Positions 12,216-25,000 of a stretch of DNA of 64,000 bases are shown in pieces. The notes under the pieces were generated by a model. That model had not been told where the DNA came from. It made no database searches and saw only the letters and a list, made by a program, of their open reading frames with translations. Positions within the stretch are counted from its first letter, which is position 1; every line of letters starts with the position of its first letter. The stretch is from Hydrolagus colliei. Taxonomy: Eukaryota. The DNA is taken from assembly GCA_035084275.1 (NCBI GenBank), contig CM068749.1, positions 19,096,001-19,160,000 of the forward strand, read 5' to 3'. The translations under genes were made by a program, and so were the position numbers.

Positions 12216-13196
12216 TGCTGGAATTTGCTGGTTCAAACTATTAATCAGATTGACATCAGTCACCAAATAGTTTCAGATGAGCTACCAAACAAAAAAGGAA
12301 CAGAACAACAAATGCATGCGATTATAGCTGCGCTGGAACAAACATGTTATATAACCCTAAATCGAGAAATTTGATCAAGTCCCGATATTAAAGCATTGTA
12401 ATGAATGGAAGAAATTTGATGATTATAATCAAATGGAAGTTTCATACGATTCTCTTTATTTCAGCAGATTCTATTGAAACTAAAAGTTGATTTGCAAAAT
12501 GATGAGATTTAGCTCTTGGATAGAGACAAGTTATTCAATCATTATTTTCTATAGTAATTTTAATTCACAAAAAATGGACCATACACATGAACTTATGCCA
12601 AGAAAAATGGCAATAAATACAAAGAGAATTCCTACATGGATAAAATATGGCACATAAGTAAAATACATTTAATCTACAACATTATGAAAATTAAAAAGCA
12701 TTCTCCCTTTTTTTAGTACACTCTTAATCATCTAACCGGCAAATTGCTTCAGTCACTTCATTTGGTTAATTATAGTGAAATGAATGGTTCAGTTTTCAAG
12801 CGAGCTCACAAGCTTTAGTCTCTTTACTCACAAACATCTGAATAGTTTTGAACACTGAATATTTTGGTGCACTTAGTTTTTAATTTTATTACCCCACACA
12901 TTGCACCCTGATTTTGTTGTTAAGATTTTAATGTGTAAAGGGTTTGAGTGTGCAAATGGTTAAGGCAAGGTTAAGATTATTAAGATTCCTGTCCTAATAC
13001 AGTGCTTTTGGCCCTATTAAACAACTTTGTACTTGTTTGCAACTGTGACAGGCCATGTTTTACCTCAGGTTATTTATTTCGGTGTTCTTCAGGTTTTGTA
13101 TATGAAAGGTATTTTCACAAACATTAAGATTATAAAAAATGATATTCTTGTAAGGCCCCAGCAAGTGATACTGTATAAACTATAACCTGTCCGAGC

Positions 13197-13202
13197 TTTA
13201 TT
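13197..13202 (-). terminator. Candidate CNN3 polyadenylation signal AATAAA (alternatives at 13073-13078 and 12885-12890)
   Basis: tttatt on + strand about 530 nt past the stop codon, preceded by U-rich TTTTGTATGTTTT. Confidence 0.55.
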
Positions 13203-13735
13203 AAAACATACAAAATGCATAGACTGAAGTTTGTGAAAAGTAGCTAGCTATGACACACATTTACACTTATTTCATCTTTTCACAGTATTTGCTATAGCAT
13301 TATATCTGATAGCAGTTTAGTATAGGAAAAGGGTTTTGTATTTGCTTAAAGGAAAATGCCAAGTGCAATTAACATTGCTTCGGCAGTCTTCTAACAATTG
13401 CAGTAGAATGTTGGAGAAGTTAAGTTGTCAATTTTTTTTAAAAAAGCATTTTGAATTATTAGATATTCCAGGTAAGACTTTAAGGTTCCTTTACATTGGT
13501 ACAAGGAAATGTCCTTGAAGAATATTCAGAGTAATTGAATTATCCTTAGTAATTATAATGGTAATTATAACAGTAAGTGGCCATAAGTAATAGAAAGCAT
13601 GGCAGCAAAATTGCTGATTTAAGGATTAGCTGTATACAGCAAAGCTGACAATCCAATTTTTGGACCTTTAAAGTAAAATTTATGGAAGACTGCCTAGCTA
13701 GTTCTTGAAGGCATAACGTGTCATAATACTGCCTA

Positions 13736-14077
13736 TTAATAATCAGCACCTTGTTCAGAATATTCACCACGGTAGTCTCCTTGGTAATACTCCTGGTATT
13801 CGACAGGATAATCGTCAGGATAGTCACCTTGGTAATCCCCATCACTATATTCTGATCCATTTGTTCCTTGGCTTCCATTGTGAATGACTAGATCAGTTGG
13901 GGTTGTACAATATTTGGAGTCATAAACCTGCCGCCCCAAGCCATAGACAGTCATACCTGTCTGAGAGGCTCCTTTGTTGGTGCCCATCTGTAGTGATATT
14001 GTGGAGGTGTCGCATTTCTCCGCTGACAATTTTTGGTCATAGATGTGTCTTCTGGTCCCTGGGGCTGTCATGCCAGC
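13736..14077 (-). CDS. CNN3: Calponin-3 exon 7 (calponin repeats and acidic tail, stop TAA)
   Basis: ccctatatccag|GCTGGCATG; [76 protein letters not shown]; the long acidic Tyr-rich tail is diagnostic of acidic calponin. Confidence 0.97.
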   Translation of the reverse strand, partial: AGMTAPGTRRHIYDQKLSAEKCDTSTISLQMGTNKGASQTGMTVYGLGRQVYDSKYCTTPTDLVIHNGSQGTNGSEYSDGDYQGDYPDDYPVEYQEYYQGDYRGEYSEQGADY

Positions 14078-14965
14078 CTGGATATAGGGAAATAAAGGAA
14101 AGTTTATTCAAGTGAATTTAATTTTAACAGTTCTGAAAGAGTGCAGTTTTAAGCCACTAATAAGACTTGCTAATGGCATTTGGCAGAATCCTGGAATGCA
14201 ATGTGCATGCCAATTATAAAACTGCCATTGCCAAAATATCAGATTGTTTTTTGCACAGGAATAGAGTACCATCCAGTTAAGATTTCCTGACTATGTGGTT
14301 AGTGGTTTACATATCTGTTAGGCATCTGTGAAATACAACCTTGCTCCGCAAAGATCAAATATCAGAATTTAACTTAAAAACATTTGATTCTCTACAGAGA
14401 AACTACCTGTAATACCAATCAACACTGTAAAGAGACAAAAAACAAACACATACGCACGGCTAGTTATGAACATAAACTTAATACACCGTGCAAATCCCAG
14501 GCCAGCACAATTCTTTTGAAGAGCTCATATAAAACAGGTCACAACAGCAAAATTTGATCTATTGGGCGTAGATAATAAGCGTTGTTGCTAAACTACAGAA
14601 ATGCAGTGTGTAGGAGGTGAGTGTGTAGCTGACATTTCTATCCAACACTGCAAGTTGAACCCTGATCAAGGCAGGATTAGATACTGGATATCAGCAGAAT
14701 CAAACAACATTTGACAGATATTTTGTATGCACTAAAGAAAATGTTTCATGGAAAGATTGCAAAAAGGCAAGGTATATGCTGTAAGCTGGTGATCGGCCCA
14801 CACAAAGTACTGGAAGAAGTTTCAGCTAGTAAAATCCAACATAAAAAGATAAATGGAATGGTGACAGTGGTCAGACAGAGGGAAGTGGTACAAAGGAGAA
14901 TGAAGTCTTGTGGGTCAAATTGTAATGCAATACACACACATACATCTCCAAGTGGAGTTGCTTAC

Positions 14966-15112
14966 CTGACTGGCACCTTTATTTGTTCCCATTTGCAAAC
15001 TTATGGTAGTTTGATCTTTTGGTTTTTCGGTATGAGTCTTTGGATCATAAAGATGTCTCCTGGTCCCATAGGCAGTCATACCTGCTTGACTGGCACACTT
15101 ATTGGTCCCCAT
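14966..15112 (-). CDS. CNN3: Calponin-3 exon 6
   Basis: catttcag|ATG..CAG|gtaagc; [49 protein letters not shown], 147 nt. Confidence 0.97.
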
Positions 15113-15345
15113 CTGAAATGCACCAATCACATTGTGGTTCATTGGCAGATGTTATGTAAATGTTAAAAGTACAAAACTCTTGTATTTAGCTGACCTTGAA
15201 CTAGACCTTGAACATTCAGAGTTAATACCAAGGATTGTAATAGTTTGTGTATATATATATATGTGTATATATATATATATTACATATATATTTTAAAGAG
15301 CTCTTTGCTTGCTGTTTAGGAACTAAATAGCTGGTAATGACAGTA

Positions 15346-15613
15346 CAGTAAAAGCCCGTTTATCCGGCACCCACAGGACCTGGCCAATGCCAGTTAAAGC
15401 GCCTGCCAGATTTTCGGGCGGCCCGCAGCCAAAAACCCCAACAAAAAAATTGAAGTTCTCTTAACACACATCATATATACCAGACTAAATAATAACAAAT
15501 ATTGCATTGGTACTTATTGTTAAAACTACTCTCTTGCGGTTCTCACTTTTACTGATTGAGGTTTATAGTTCAGCGATTCTTTTTTAAATGGAGGAAGCCA
15601 TTCGCTTTTACTG
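15346..15613. mobile_element. Possible Tigger/pogo-like MITE relic in CNN3 intron 5
   Basis: ta|CAGTAAAAGCCCGTTTATCCGGCA left end; 10-bp inverted match gcttttactg at 15604-15613; right flank is gta rather than ta. Confidence 0.5.
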
Positions 15614-16401
15614 GTACAATTTAAGATGAATTAGGAGTATACAAAGGAGTAAATTGTTTACAATAATATCCCAATAATGGCAAAGATCAGATTCAAATCA
15701 GATAATAATTCTTGCATTTGCTAACTTACATTATTCACTTTTACCATGTAAAATACTTCAAAAGTATGCAAAAATAAGTTTGGGGAAAACAGAGAGACTG
15801 GATAGACATTACAGGAATCTGTCAAATGGACCATGAACTTCCATAAGTTTATGATGCACGGTTGGAGATCCACACTATGCCAGAAGAACAGAGCAGTGCA
15901 CTTCTGCCACTAACATGTGGCTTCAGCAGGATCTAGAGGTGGAACTAGAGACCATTTTTAACTCCTTGGATGATTTATAACAGTGTCATTTTATCAGATG
16001 GGGTTTAACAGTACTTTCGGCAAGCATCCTATTCCCACAACAACAAAATTACATTTATAGAATGCCTTTCACGTCGGGAGGACATCCCAAGGCGCTGAAA
16101 TCCCCAGGCTTCTATATCGTGCAAGTCTGCCAATGGTAACAGGATCCAGGTGAGGAAAGTAACAGCTAAGGCTCCATTCCTCATTATTCTTCAGTGATCG
16201 TTTAAGAATAAAATAGTAGATGTAAATAGCTCTGAAGATCTTTTGTGGTCAAGGTTTAAGCTGATGCCTAAGAATGGTTACTGGCAGGTTACCAAAGCGC
16301 AGCAGGAGCCCATGAAACCATATCATATTGTGAGCCAGCAGTTTCAGGTGAAGGAGGAAGACAACTGTAGTGGGGTGGTGGGGAAATAATTATTTTTTTA
16401 C

Positions 16402-16518
16402 CTGAAGTCCAATTACACTTTGTCCAGCTTTCATTTTATCATCCCTGAAGTGCCTCTCTTGCTTTTCTGCGTATTTAACACCAATGTCCATTCTCGTATG
16501 AAAGCCTTTAGTTTTTGC
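16402..16518 (-). CDS. CNN3: Calponin-3 exon 5
   Basis: aaaacag|GCA..CAG|gtaaaa; AKTKGFHTRMDIGVKYAEKQERHFRDDKMKAGQSVIGLQ, 117 nt. Confidence 0.96.
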
Positions 16519-16682
16519 CTGTTTTAAATAGAAAAACGTGGGTGACTGAATGCAAGCCATTGTACTCTTCAAATTGTAGAGGCAACACTTTGTGAAAATT
16601 ACATACAAAAAATTTAAAACTGTACATGCATCAGGTATTGTAGACTGATGCATACAAATTAAGAGTCTTCTATAGTTCCATG

Positions 16683-16987
16683 GTGGGGTAGGAGGTTGAT
16701 CAAAAGCACGGTCAAAGAGGACGGTCTTGAGATGGGTCTAGAAGGAGCCAAAGGATGGGGCGAGGCAGAGGGATTACAAGATGGAGTTCCAGAGCTGGGA
16801 GCAGCAGAGTGGCTATTGGCCCGCCCCCCAATTGTGGGCCGGGTGAGCCAGGGGCCATGAAGCAGGCCGCAGCCCACTGAGCAGAGGGAGCAGACAAATT
16901 AGTAGGTGGTTAGGAAGTCGCAGAGGTAACAGGGAGCGAGGCCACAAAGGGCTTTGAAGTGAGGACCAGGATTAATTGATGAACCTG
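16683..16987 (-). mobile_element. Degenerate L2 ORF2 3' fragment in CNN3 intron 4
   Basis: Frameshifted FKALCGLAPCYLCDFL and RPTIGGRA..SAAP remnants similar to the 32774 element. Confidence 0.85.
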
Positions 16988-17254
16988 AGTATTGATCCCT
17001 CAAGATGTAATATCTTTTGATTTGATAACACCTTTCACATTGAAACATCTCAAAGCAACAATCTGTAGGAAACATGGCAACCAGATATGTGCACAGCAAT
17101 GTTCCATAAACAGCCAGGATAGTTCAATGAGATCTCTTTTGATTCTTAATCTTCTTGTTTGAGAACAAGTTTTAAAAACCGATAGAACTCAGCAAGAAAA
17201 AGCTTATCAAGCCAACAGTAGAACAACCAGATTGTCTCTCAAAATCACACTTAC

Positions 17255-17392
17255 CAGACTTGCGAGAGCCAGCAGTGTAGTCTGTACTTGAGTCAAGTTC
17301 CCATTTTCAAACAAGTCATTTGCTTCAAAAATGTCATGCGGCTTCATCCCATAAAATTGGATAGCTTTAATGAAGTTGCCAATATTCTCCAG
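17255..17392 (-). CDS. CNN3: Calponin-3 exon 4 (CH domain)
   Basis: ctcttcag|CTG..CTG|gtaagt; [46 protein letters not shown], 138 nt. Confidence 0.97.
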
Positions 17393-17951
17393 CTGAAGAG
17401 AAAAATAAACAAGTTAAAGAAAATAAAAATTCCACTCATTGCTGGAAAATCGATTATAATAAGTCCCTCCTCCTTTTCTCCCCTCCCCCTAAAATTTCCT
17501 TCCAAACCTCTTTTCCCTTTCCCATAAAACATTAAGTGAGACATACAAATAACAGTTATCTAACATTGTACAACAACACCATTATAAGTTCTCTTGTTGC
17601 AAAAAACCTCCCCCCTCACTTTTCCATGCATATTGCAGTAATTAATGGCAACATATGAAACCAAAATACAAATGAGGATACGGGATATCATATCAAATAC
17701 ATCTGTGTGCACATATGCAGCCGAATTACCTCCAAATTGCTCAGCATTGAGATGTTTCAATGTGAAAGCCAACGTCTCACAGTCGGAATACTGTGCTTAA
17801 GCCTCCAACATGGCTGGAGAGAACCAAACTCAATATGAACAAACTCATCCACTGGGGTTTCTGATTGCATGCCAGTACTTTGCTGCAAGTGCCAATTTGT
17901 TGCAGTTAGTCACCTGTACACCACCCCCCAGCAATAATATGTGGTTCTTAC

Positions 17952-18018
17952 CTGGTGCCAGTTCAATTTGGATTCATTGATTTTCCTGATAATCTCTGGA
18001 TGAAGCTTGTTCATGAGC
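17952..18018 (-). CDS. CNN3: Calponin-3 exon 3 (CH domain)
   Basis: tttaaaag|G CTC..CAG|gtaaga; LMNKLHPEIIRKINESKLNWHQ, 67 nt, phase-consistent. Confidence 0.96.
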
Positions 18019-19077
18019 CTTTTAAAAAAAACAATTGAAGGAATTAATAATACCTTTCATAAGGTATTTTAAAAGCTAAAGTAAAAAAATACTAAGATCA
18101 AGATGCATTTGGTTCAATGCAATAGTTTAAAAAATGTGGTTCCAATTAGAATTTCTCTCATCTTAAACTTTAGTACAGCTCCCACCAACCTATCCTGGAC
18201 GCTCAGTAGCACTTGCTGTTCACTGGAGCCAGAACCACCATTCATGTTATTGCTCGAGTTGAGCACTTGCACCCAGTGCAGCCTGCTCTAGTCATCTAAA
18301 CAACCGAATGTGCCCATAGCACTTGTATTACAATAAAATGAAGGACAACAACTAGCATGGAGAACAACAACAAATGGTGTGCATGTTGCACAATGTCTGT
18401 CCAAATTTCAAAGTACAAAGTTACTTGTACAAGATACTTAAAGAGGAAAACCTACGGCATTGTTGGAGTTTGTAAAATTTTGTCACTTTCTCACTCTCTC
18501 AAGCCCTCCCCACTCCAAAATAAAAAATGTTTTAATCTGTTGTAATAACTTAGCTAAAGTTAAAAATACTGCTGGCACAGTAGTAGCATGATTTAAACAG
18601 CAAGAACTAAGGTCCAAGTTGTGCAGCCCAATTATATTGTAGAAAGGATGATCAGAACTCAACCTACAAGAATACTAATTATTGGCCTTCTGTACTGGCA
18701 ACTGCATTTCTACTGTGAGAAACAGGAAGACAACTCAAGATCAGCAGATTGGTAGTGGAAAGTGCTACTTAACTCTAAAAAGAAATATGTATTGAAAAGG
18801 CAGGTACTAGTTTTAACTGGTCTTACTGTGTTAAAAAGCACTCTGATATGTCATCCGACTTGAACAGAGCTAAATAAATGCAAGTTGGTGTTGCCCAGAA
18901 CAAGAGAGCCAACACCACCTCTTGGAGTCCACTGTATTAATCAAAAAATGTTTAGTGCAAGCAACATGAAACTCCACATCTGGTATTGGCACATCAAAAT
19001 CAACCCCCACTATTTCATAGTAAAATCTAACGGGTTACAAGCCAGGCTTGGTATACTGGAGCTGGTCAGCTACTTAC

Positions 19078-19199
19078 TTGCAAAGGACAATACCATCCTT
19101 CAGGCTCTTCTGGAAGTTCTCACCCAAGCGTATGCCTACGACTTCTTCAATCCAGATTCGGAGCTCTTCCTCTTTTTGGGGGTCATATTTCTGAGCAAT
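19078..19199 (-). CDS. CNN3: Calponin-3 exon 2 (CH domain start)
   Basis: ctcttttaag|ATT..AA|gtaagt; [40 protein letters not shown](K), 122 nt. Confidence 0.97.
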
Positions 19200-21958
19200 C
19201 TTAAAAGAGAAGTAAATATACAGTTAATTTAGTCTTTCACTCACAATATAGTCAATTACTTTACAATTACTTTTATATCCTGTGAAACACTTTAGGGCAT
19301 CTCAACAATGTGATAAAGCACTTTTTCAAAGCAAAGACGATTATTTAGGATCATTATAAAGATTCCACACAACAGGTCAAATGCAGTTTTAAAAAAAGCA
19401 CAAGACTGACCAAAGAGTCACCTTTGATGTGTTTTTTCTAGAAACAGACAAGAATTTTAAAACCTCGCAAATTCCTGCCACTGTTATAATCTTCTACAAA
19501 TGAAGTGCGAGACAATGTTGATCATTTGGGGTTTGTTCTCGATGACTTTCAAACAGTCGAAACTTTTTCATTCATTGACTTAGCTAAAGTGAGGTAAAAC
19601 ATCTGTCAATAGAAGCCTTAATTCATTAAACAGTTAATTAAAATAAATATTTACACACTTGAGACCTTAACCCCTGGAGAATGTGGGAATATTTCCTGGT
19701 GGAAAGAATGATGTAATGCAATGTAGATTTATTTAAGTAAAAAAGAGTTGAAATTGAACATTACCAGTGTTAAGTGTGTTAGTTTTAGTTGTGCTGAAGC
19801 CCTATTTAGACCACAGATGCACATAATAGTGCAAGAATTTTTCCTTCTTCAGTTCTGACTTTCATACCAGCATCACCGTTTTGTATACAGTGCATGAAAC
19901 CATTACATGGTTCTACTTGTAACTCCTTAAAATATTAACCAAAACCTCAACCACTTAAAAAAAACACTTCCAACTGCATCCTGTCTTGCTGAGGTGCTTT
20001 GTAGACATTCGGTTCTTCATACCGCAATGCTATGATCTACTTGTGTTAATGATTCCAGAGCCAAATATAAACATTGATAAAACCAAGCAAATTAAGGTCA
20101 AGGATTGAAGCAAAATAATCACAAAAAATGTTCTCCTGTGACAATAATTTAAATAACCACTGTAAAGAAAGCAACACAACAACATTACATTTAGAGCACC
20201 TTTCACGCTGGGAGAACTAGAAACATTACACACATGGATCTTACTGGAGTAGTCAACTGATTGTTTCGCTTTATGCAACATCCAGTGAGTTGATTATATT
20301 TCAGAAGTGGAAGATTATACATACACTGTAGCATCTGGTAAAGATAAATTATTGCTAAACAGATTTAGTTGCTAAACTGGCTTTTGTTTACATAAAGTAT
20401 AATTTACAGTTTCAGTTTAAATTATTTATGAAAAATGTGAACAGCTGTAGACTTGGCTGGGCAAAAGGAAAATGCAGCCAACAGTGGTGATAAAATGTAA
20501 ACTAGTTCTCCAGGGTTACCTTTGCATTAGCAAATTGTCACTGTATTCTGCAGCTCAACGAACTGCTTTGACGAAGATTTTGCATTAAAAAAATTAACCA
20601 AACTTCTGGTTTCTGAGCCAGGTGGATGGTTGGGAGATCAGTGGTTGGGAGCAGGGATTCTTTCCATTCCACTCCATTTACTCTGCATGTCCTCTCTGGC
20701 TGGAAAGTGAGTAGAGAATGGGACATGATTCCCCCCCGCCCTCCCATTTCAATGGTTAATGTTCATTATTAAGACTTGCATGAACAATAGGTGGACGGAC
20801 CAGTGGTAGCCATGCTTTATCATCGGCCAACAAAATAAATTCTCAAATTTGAATATTATTTGATTAAAATGAAATTAAGATAAAACCCTCCCAAACTAAC
20901 ACAGACTTACCTGGACCTGTGCAAATGTTTTTTTTTGTGTGTGTGAGAGAGAGAGAAAATTGGGGATGGGGTAGAGCTTCTTGGTGGCCCCATGGCCACT
21001 ACTGGTATAGTAGTGGCCATATCATACTTCAGCATCACAATGCAGGACAAGGGAATGAAAGGGGGAGTAAACTGTCCGAAACAAGAAGATACAAGGGCTC
21101 AAAAAACAGCTATTCTGCTAATGGCCCTTCATCCCATTTAGATCCATTCTTTTAGAACAATAATCTTCTTATTCATTACAGCAGTCAATATTATGGCCTC
21201 AGCCACCCTTTGCTGCTAACACATTCCAGCTGACGATTATCCGGTTTAAAAGCTCTTTAAAAGCAATGTTCTGTTCTTGTAATTGCCAACACCAAAAGTT
21301 ATACAATATTTTCTTTTGACAGAATGTTCCAATTGAGCCAGAGTCTGAAGTCATCGCTTTTGTTGCATCTCTTTTCTGATCTTGTAAAGTTACATTTTTT
21401 AAGCAGACGGCTTCAATAATCAAGAAAGGACCCATGCGTGGTTGTACTTAACAGTTAGCCATGAAAGCGATCAACTTTTCCACATGTGAAGGAAATACAA
21501 GAGACTTGAGAAAATTTCCCTCAAAATCGAATGCTAAATGGATTTTTTAAAATCCAAGCTATACAAAAAAATGCTGATCTGTTTTTATATAAAATCTTCT
21601 CAATTGATTGAAACACAAAATAAATGTGGAGTTGGGGATGTGATGGATGCAGTATTTTAACCTGATAGATTAGCAAATAGGGAACCAATAAAATGCAATG
21701 CATCAATTCTATTGGTACATTGTGCACCAGGTAATGAGGTATTGATCTTAGTCCTAATCACCACATGTATGGCAACAAACGTGCACATGATGTATGTGTA
21801 TATCAAGAAAAAGCCATTAGAATGCAAAAACAGCACATATTTGCTTATTAATTTTAAATAGTTAATTTCATAATCACTTATGATTATGAAAATGAGCAGT
21901 AATCACCTTATTTTTTGTGAAAATTTCAGAACTACCTGGATTCATACTTGAGGTTTGA

Positions 21959-22039
21959 GGTCACACGCCTCCTGTGCAGCGCCTTGGGACGTCCTCCCGA
22001 CGTGAAAGGCGTTCTATAAGTGCAATTTGTTGTTGTTGA
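21959..22039 (+). mobile_element. L2 3' tail fragment
   Basis: ggtcacacgcctcctgtgcagcgccttgggacgtcctcccgacgtgaaa matches the 32774 element 3' end, then ggcgttctataagtgcaatttgttgttgttg. Similar short tails at about 7127, 9440-9545, 11770, 16040, 20175, 25127, 27190, 44350, 58170. Confidence 0.88.
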
Positions 22040-25000
22040 GATTTGTAACAATAAGTTCAATGAGATCTGGGCTGTGCAACACATCCACTTCCTGCTCTTA
22101 CTAAAACAGACAGACACCAGGCCAGGTTTTCTTTTATATATTTGCTGGGTATTCTTTCTTCAGCATTGCCCATTGTTTGAGGCATTAGATGCATTCTACT
22201 GCCCTGTGGGTTTAAGGAGTAATCCGTCAAAAACAATTAAGCTGCGAATGCTTCACTAGTTTCATGGGCCATTGACTGGGAAAGACTGGCACAATTTGTA
22301 GAATCTCGAGGGAAAAAGTTCATTCTTATAAATGGAAGTGGATGGGCTGTGCAGCCCCAAATGACACTTTATCCATGGTTACATTGGACACATTGGCTGC
22401 AAATGTACTCTGTCTGCGAGCAATAGCAAGGACATAAAATCACACGCAAGAAATAGACAGGGTTGTTTAGCCAACCTTTGCTTATGTACTTTCTCTCCAA
22501 GCTCTCTCTGGTCAAACTGTGCATAAACAAGACCTTAATGAAATTACACCTTACCTACAAATTTTTAAAAAAACACAGCTTGCTTTGGTCCTCAGTACCT
22601 GTGAGAAACATAGATTTCACAGCTTCCATCAACAAGAATTGTGTGCAACATCAACATGTGCAACAAGAATTGCCTATCTAATGAGCAAACTAAATAACAT
22701 TTCCTGCCAGATCCACCTCCAGTATTAGAAAAATAGGACCATCTTGGATGCACCGTGAGAATGCAGCATGAGTCCATGCGTAAGGTAGAGCACTGGGTGG
22801 GCATTTTGCGCGCAAATTAATGAGCCGCATGAAGTAATTGGAGACTGGTTCTTTGACCTTGATAATTGCTTGTGGGCAATGATTACGTTTGATGAACACA
22901 AAGTGGAAGACAAAACAGGATTTTGTAAAAACAAAAATCAGTTCTTGCATGGTAACAATGCAGTAGATGTTGACCCAACAAGAATTGATGTAAAATGACA
23001 GGAAAGACACTTATCACAAAAAAACAATTTCCATTGGTACCATATTGTTCCTCTCAAAAGCAATAACCTCAGTATTGTCGTGTTTGTTTTGCCAGCACAA
23101 GCATTTTAATGCCTATAAAGTAAGGGGAACATGATTATCACATCACTATGCAAGAGTTACTAACAAAGGTCACCAAGTGCATATGATTTCACGCTTTTGT
23201 TTTTAACAAACACTGAAGCTAATGTTCAGGGTCAGGGTTACTAGATTATGGTTACATGATTGATTGGCACCAACCAATTCTTGTTTAAATTCCAGTATAA
23301 TTTTGAGCTATGTGTACCTTCCTACCACAAATTGAATTTTAAAATCACCTTTCCAATCAATGCAATTTTTTTTCCCAATCATGAGGATTCATTTTTGTGT
23401 CACTCAGCATTATTTTTCTTATTAAATAAACAAAGTATGCAAATCCTTGTCTACTGTATAAAAATAGAATTCCAAACAAAAACGATTAACTGGACCAACT
23501 GAATTGTTCCACACTTTCGTGAAGCACACAATGAAGCAGACCGAACCAAGCAGACACAATATGCAGGCTGACCCCATAATGTGTCCTGGTTTAGCACAGA
23601 TCCACTTATGGCATGGTCTTGCTCTGCACATGAAATACACTTCTGGCTTCCTGCACAGGCTTCCCAGGAGCTAGCGGTAACCCCGCAATCGCTGGAAGCA
23701 TCCACCAGAGCATGGCTACTGGCTTCCTGCACACAATGTGATATTAGAAGCACCCCAATGACATGGAAGTGCTGAATGGCAACCTATTTTTATAGTACGC
23801 CTTGTTCTAAAATAGTCTGAGCTTCTGTATACAAACCACTGTATTCCAATGAGACTGGCTTGCAATAAGGCTCTCAAACTGGCTTAACTAGAATGTAAAA
23901 GGGATTGGGGGAGAAAAAAAATCTCAATTTCCTAGTGTCCAATGGCCAGGGCATTTTAAAATACTAAATTATCTCTAATCGGTTTTTCCTTTTGGTATAG
24001 CCAAACAGAATGAGTATATTTAAAAAATCTAATTGAACAGACTATACCTGGCCAGCACCCATGGAATCAACTGCTTTCATGATTTAGCATCACTGTACAA
24101 TTGGATTAATTAAAGAGCAGTCTGTCTGTCCCCCCTCATTACGCTTCTGTAACAGTTGTTAAATGTTCCAATCTCCTAACTTTTGGATTCAACTGCATTG
24201 TTAAAATGTTTTTTTTAATAAATCAAAATTCATATGACCTTTAATTAAGTTGAGTGATATTTCAGACTATTGTGAGTTGCGTTATGGAACTTTGATACAG
24301 CCAATGCTAGGTTTTTGGCAATAATTATTTGTATTCAGGTCTGAATGACTAATGCTTTTGGAATACTAACGTGCCCCTTTCCAAGTCCGCATTTTCCATA
24401 CGCAACTTCTCACACAGTAACGTCTTGTTACTTTGACAATAACAGCAGAATGGAATGGTGGTGGAAATAAGTCACGTAAAAATGATATTTAAAAGTGGAA
24501 ACTGAGCAAAACTGGATTTTTTCACATGATCTCATAAAGGAAACATTTGATATAATTACTCAAAAGAGTCCTGATTTCACCCTCACTTCCTCCTAAAGGC
24601 AGCACAATTTGGGGGTGAGGAAAGCACCCTTTACTATCCCATTGAATAGCTTTCAATTGGTCGGAGCTGTCTCACCTTGCAAGAATTCACAAACCTGAAA
24701 ATGTTAATCCCTTTTACAATAACATTCAATTTATGGTAATCTTGGGACTATTCAAATGCCATTCAAATCTGCGGAAAGGGCCTGATCCATCTTTTATAGA
24801 TTCATGCCAGCAAAGGGCACTTTCGGTATGAACATCAAGAAACAATTCTTTATCCAAAGGGTAATTAATAACTGGAACGGGTTACCAGGTACAGTGATTA
24901 AGGGCAGGGCAGGAAACTCATCTTAAGAAAACACTTTGCTACTTTGATAGGGATAGGAGAAGTAGGATGAGATATCGATGGGCCTAAGTGGCCTTTTCAC

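Noticed and set aside
14711-15166. 151-aa + strand ORF antisense to CNN3 exon 6 (and similar antisense ORFs at 18885 and 43457)
   Set aside because: Shadow frames of real exons, without their own homology or splice support.
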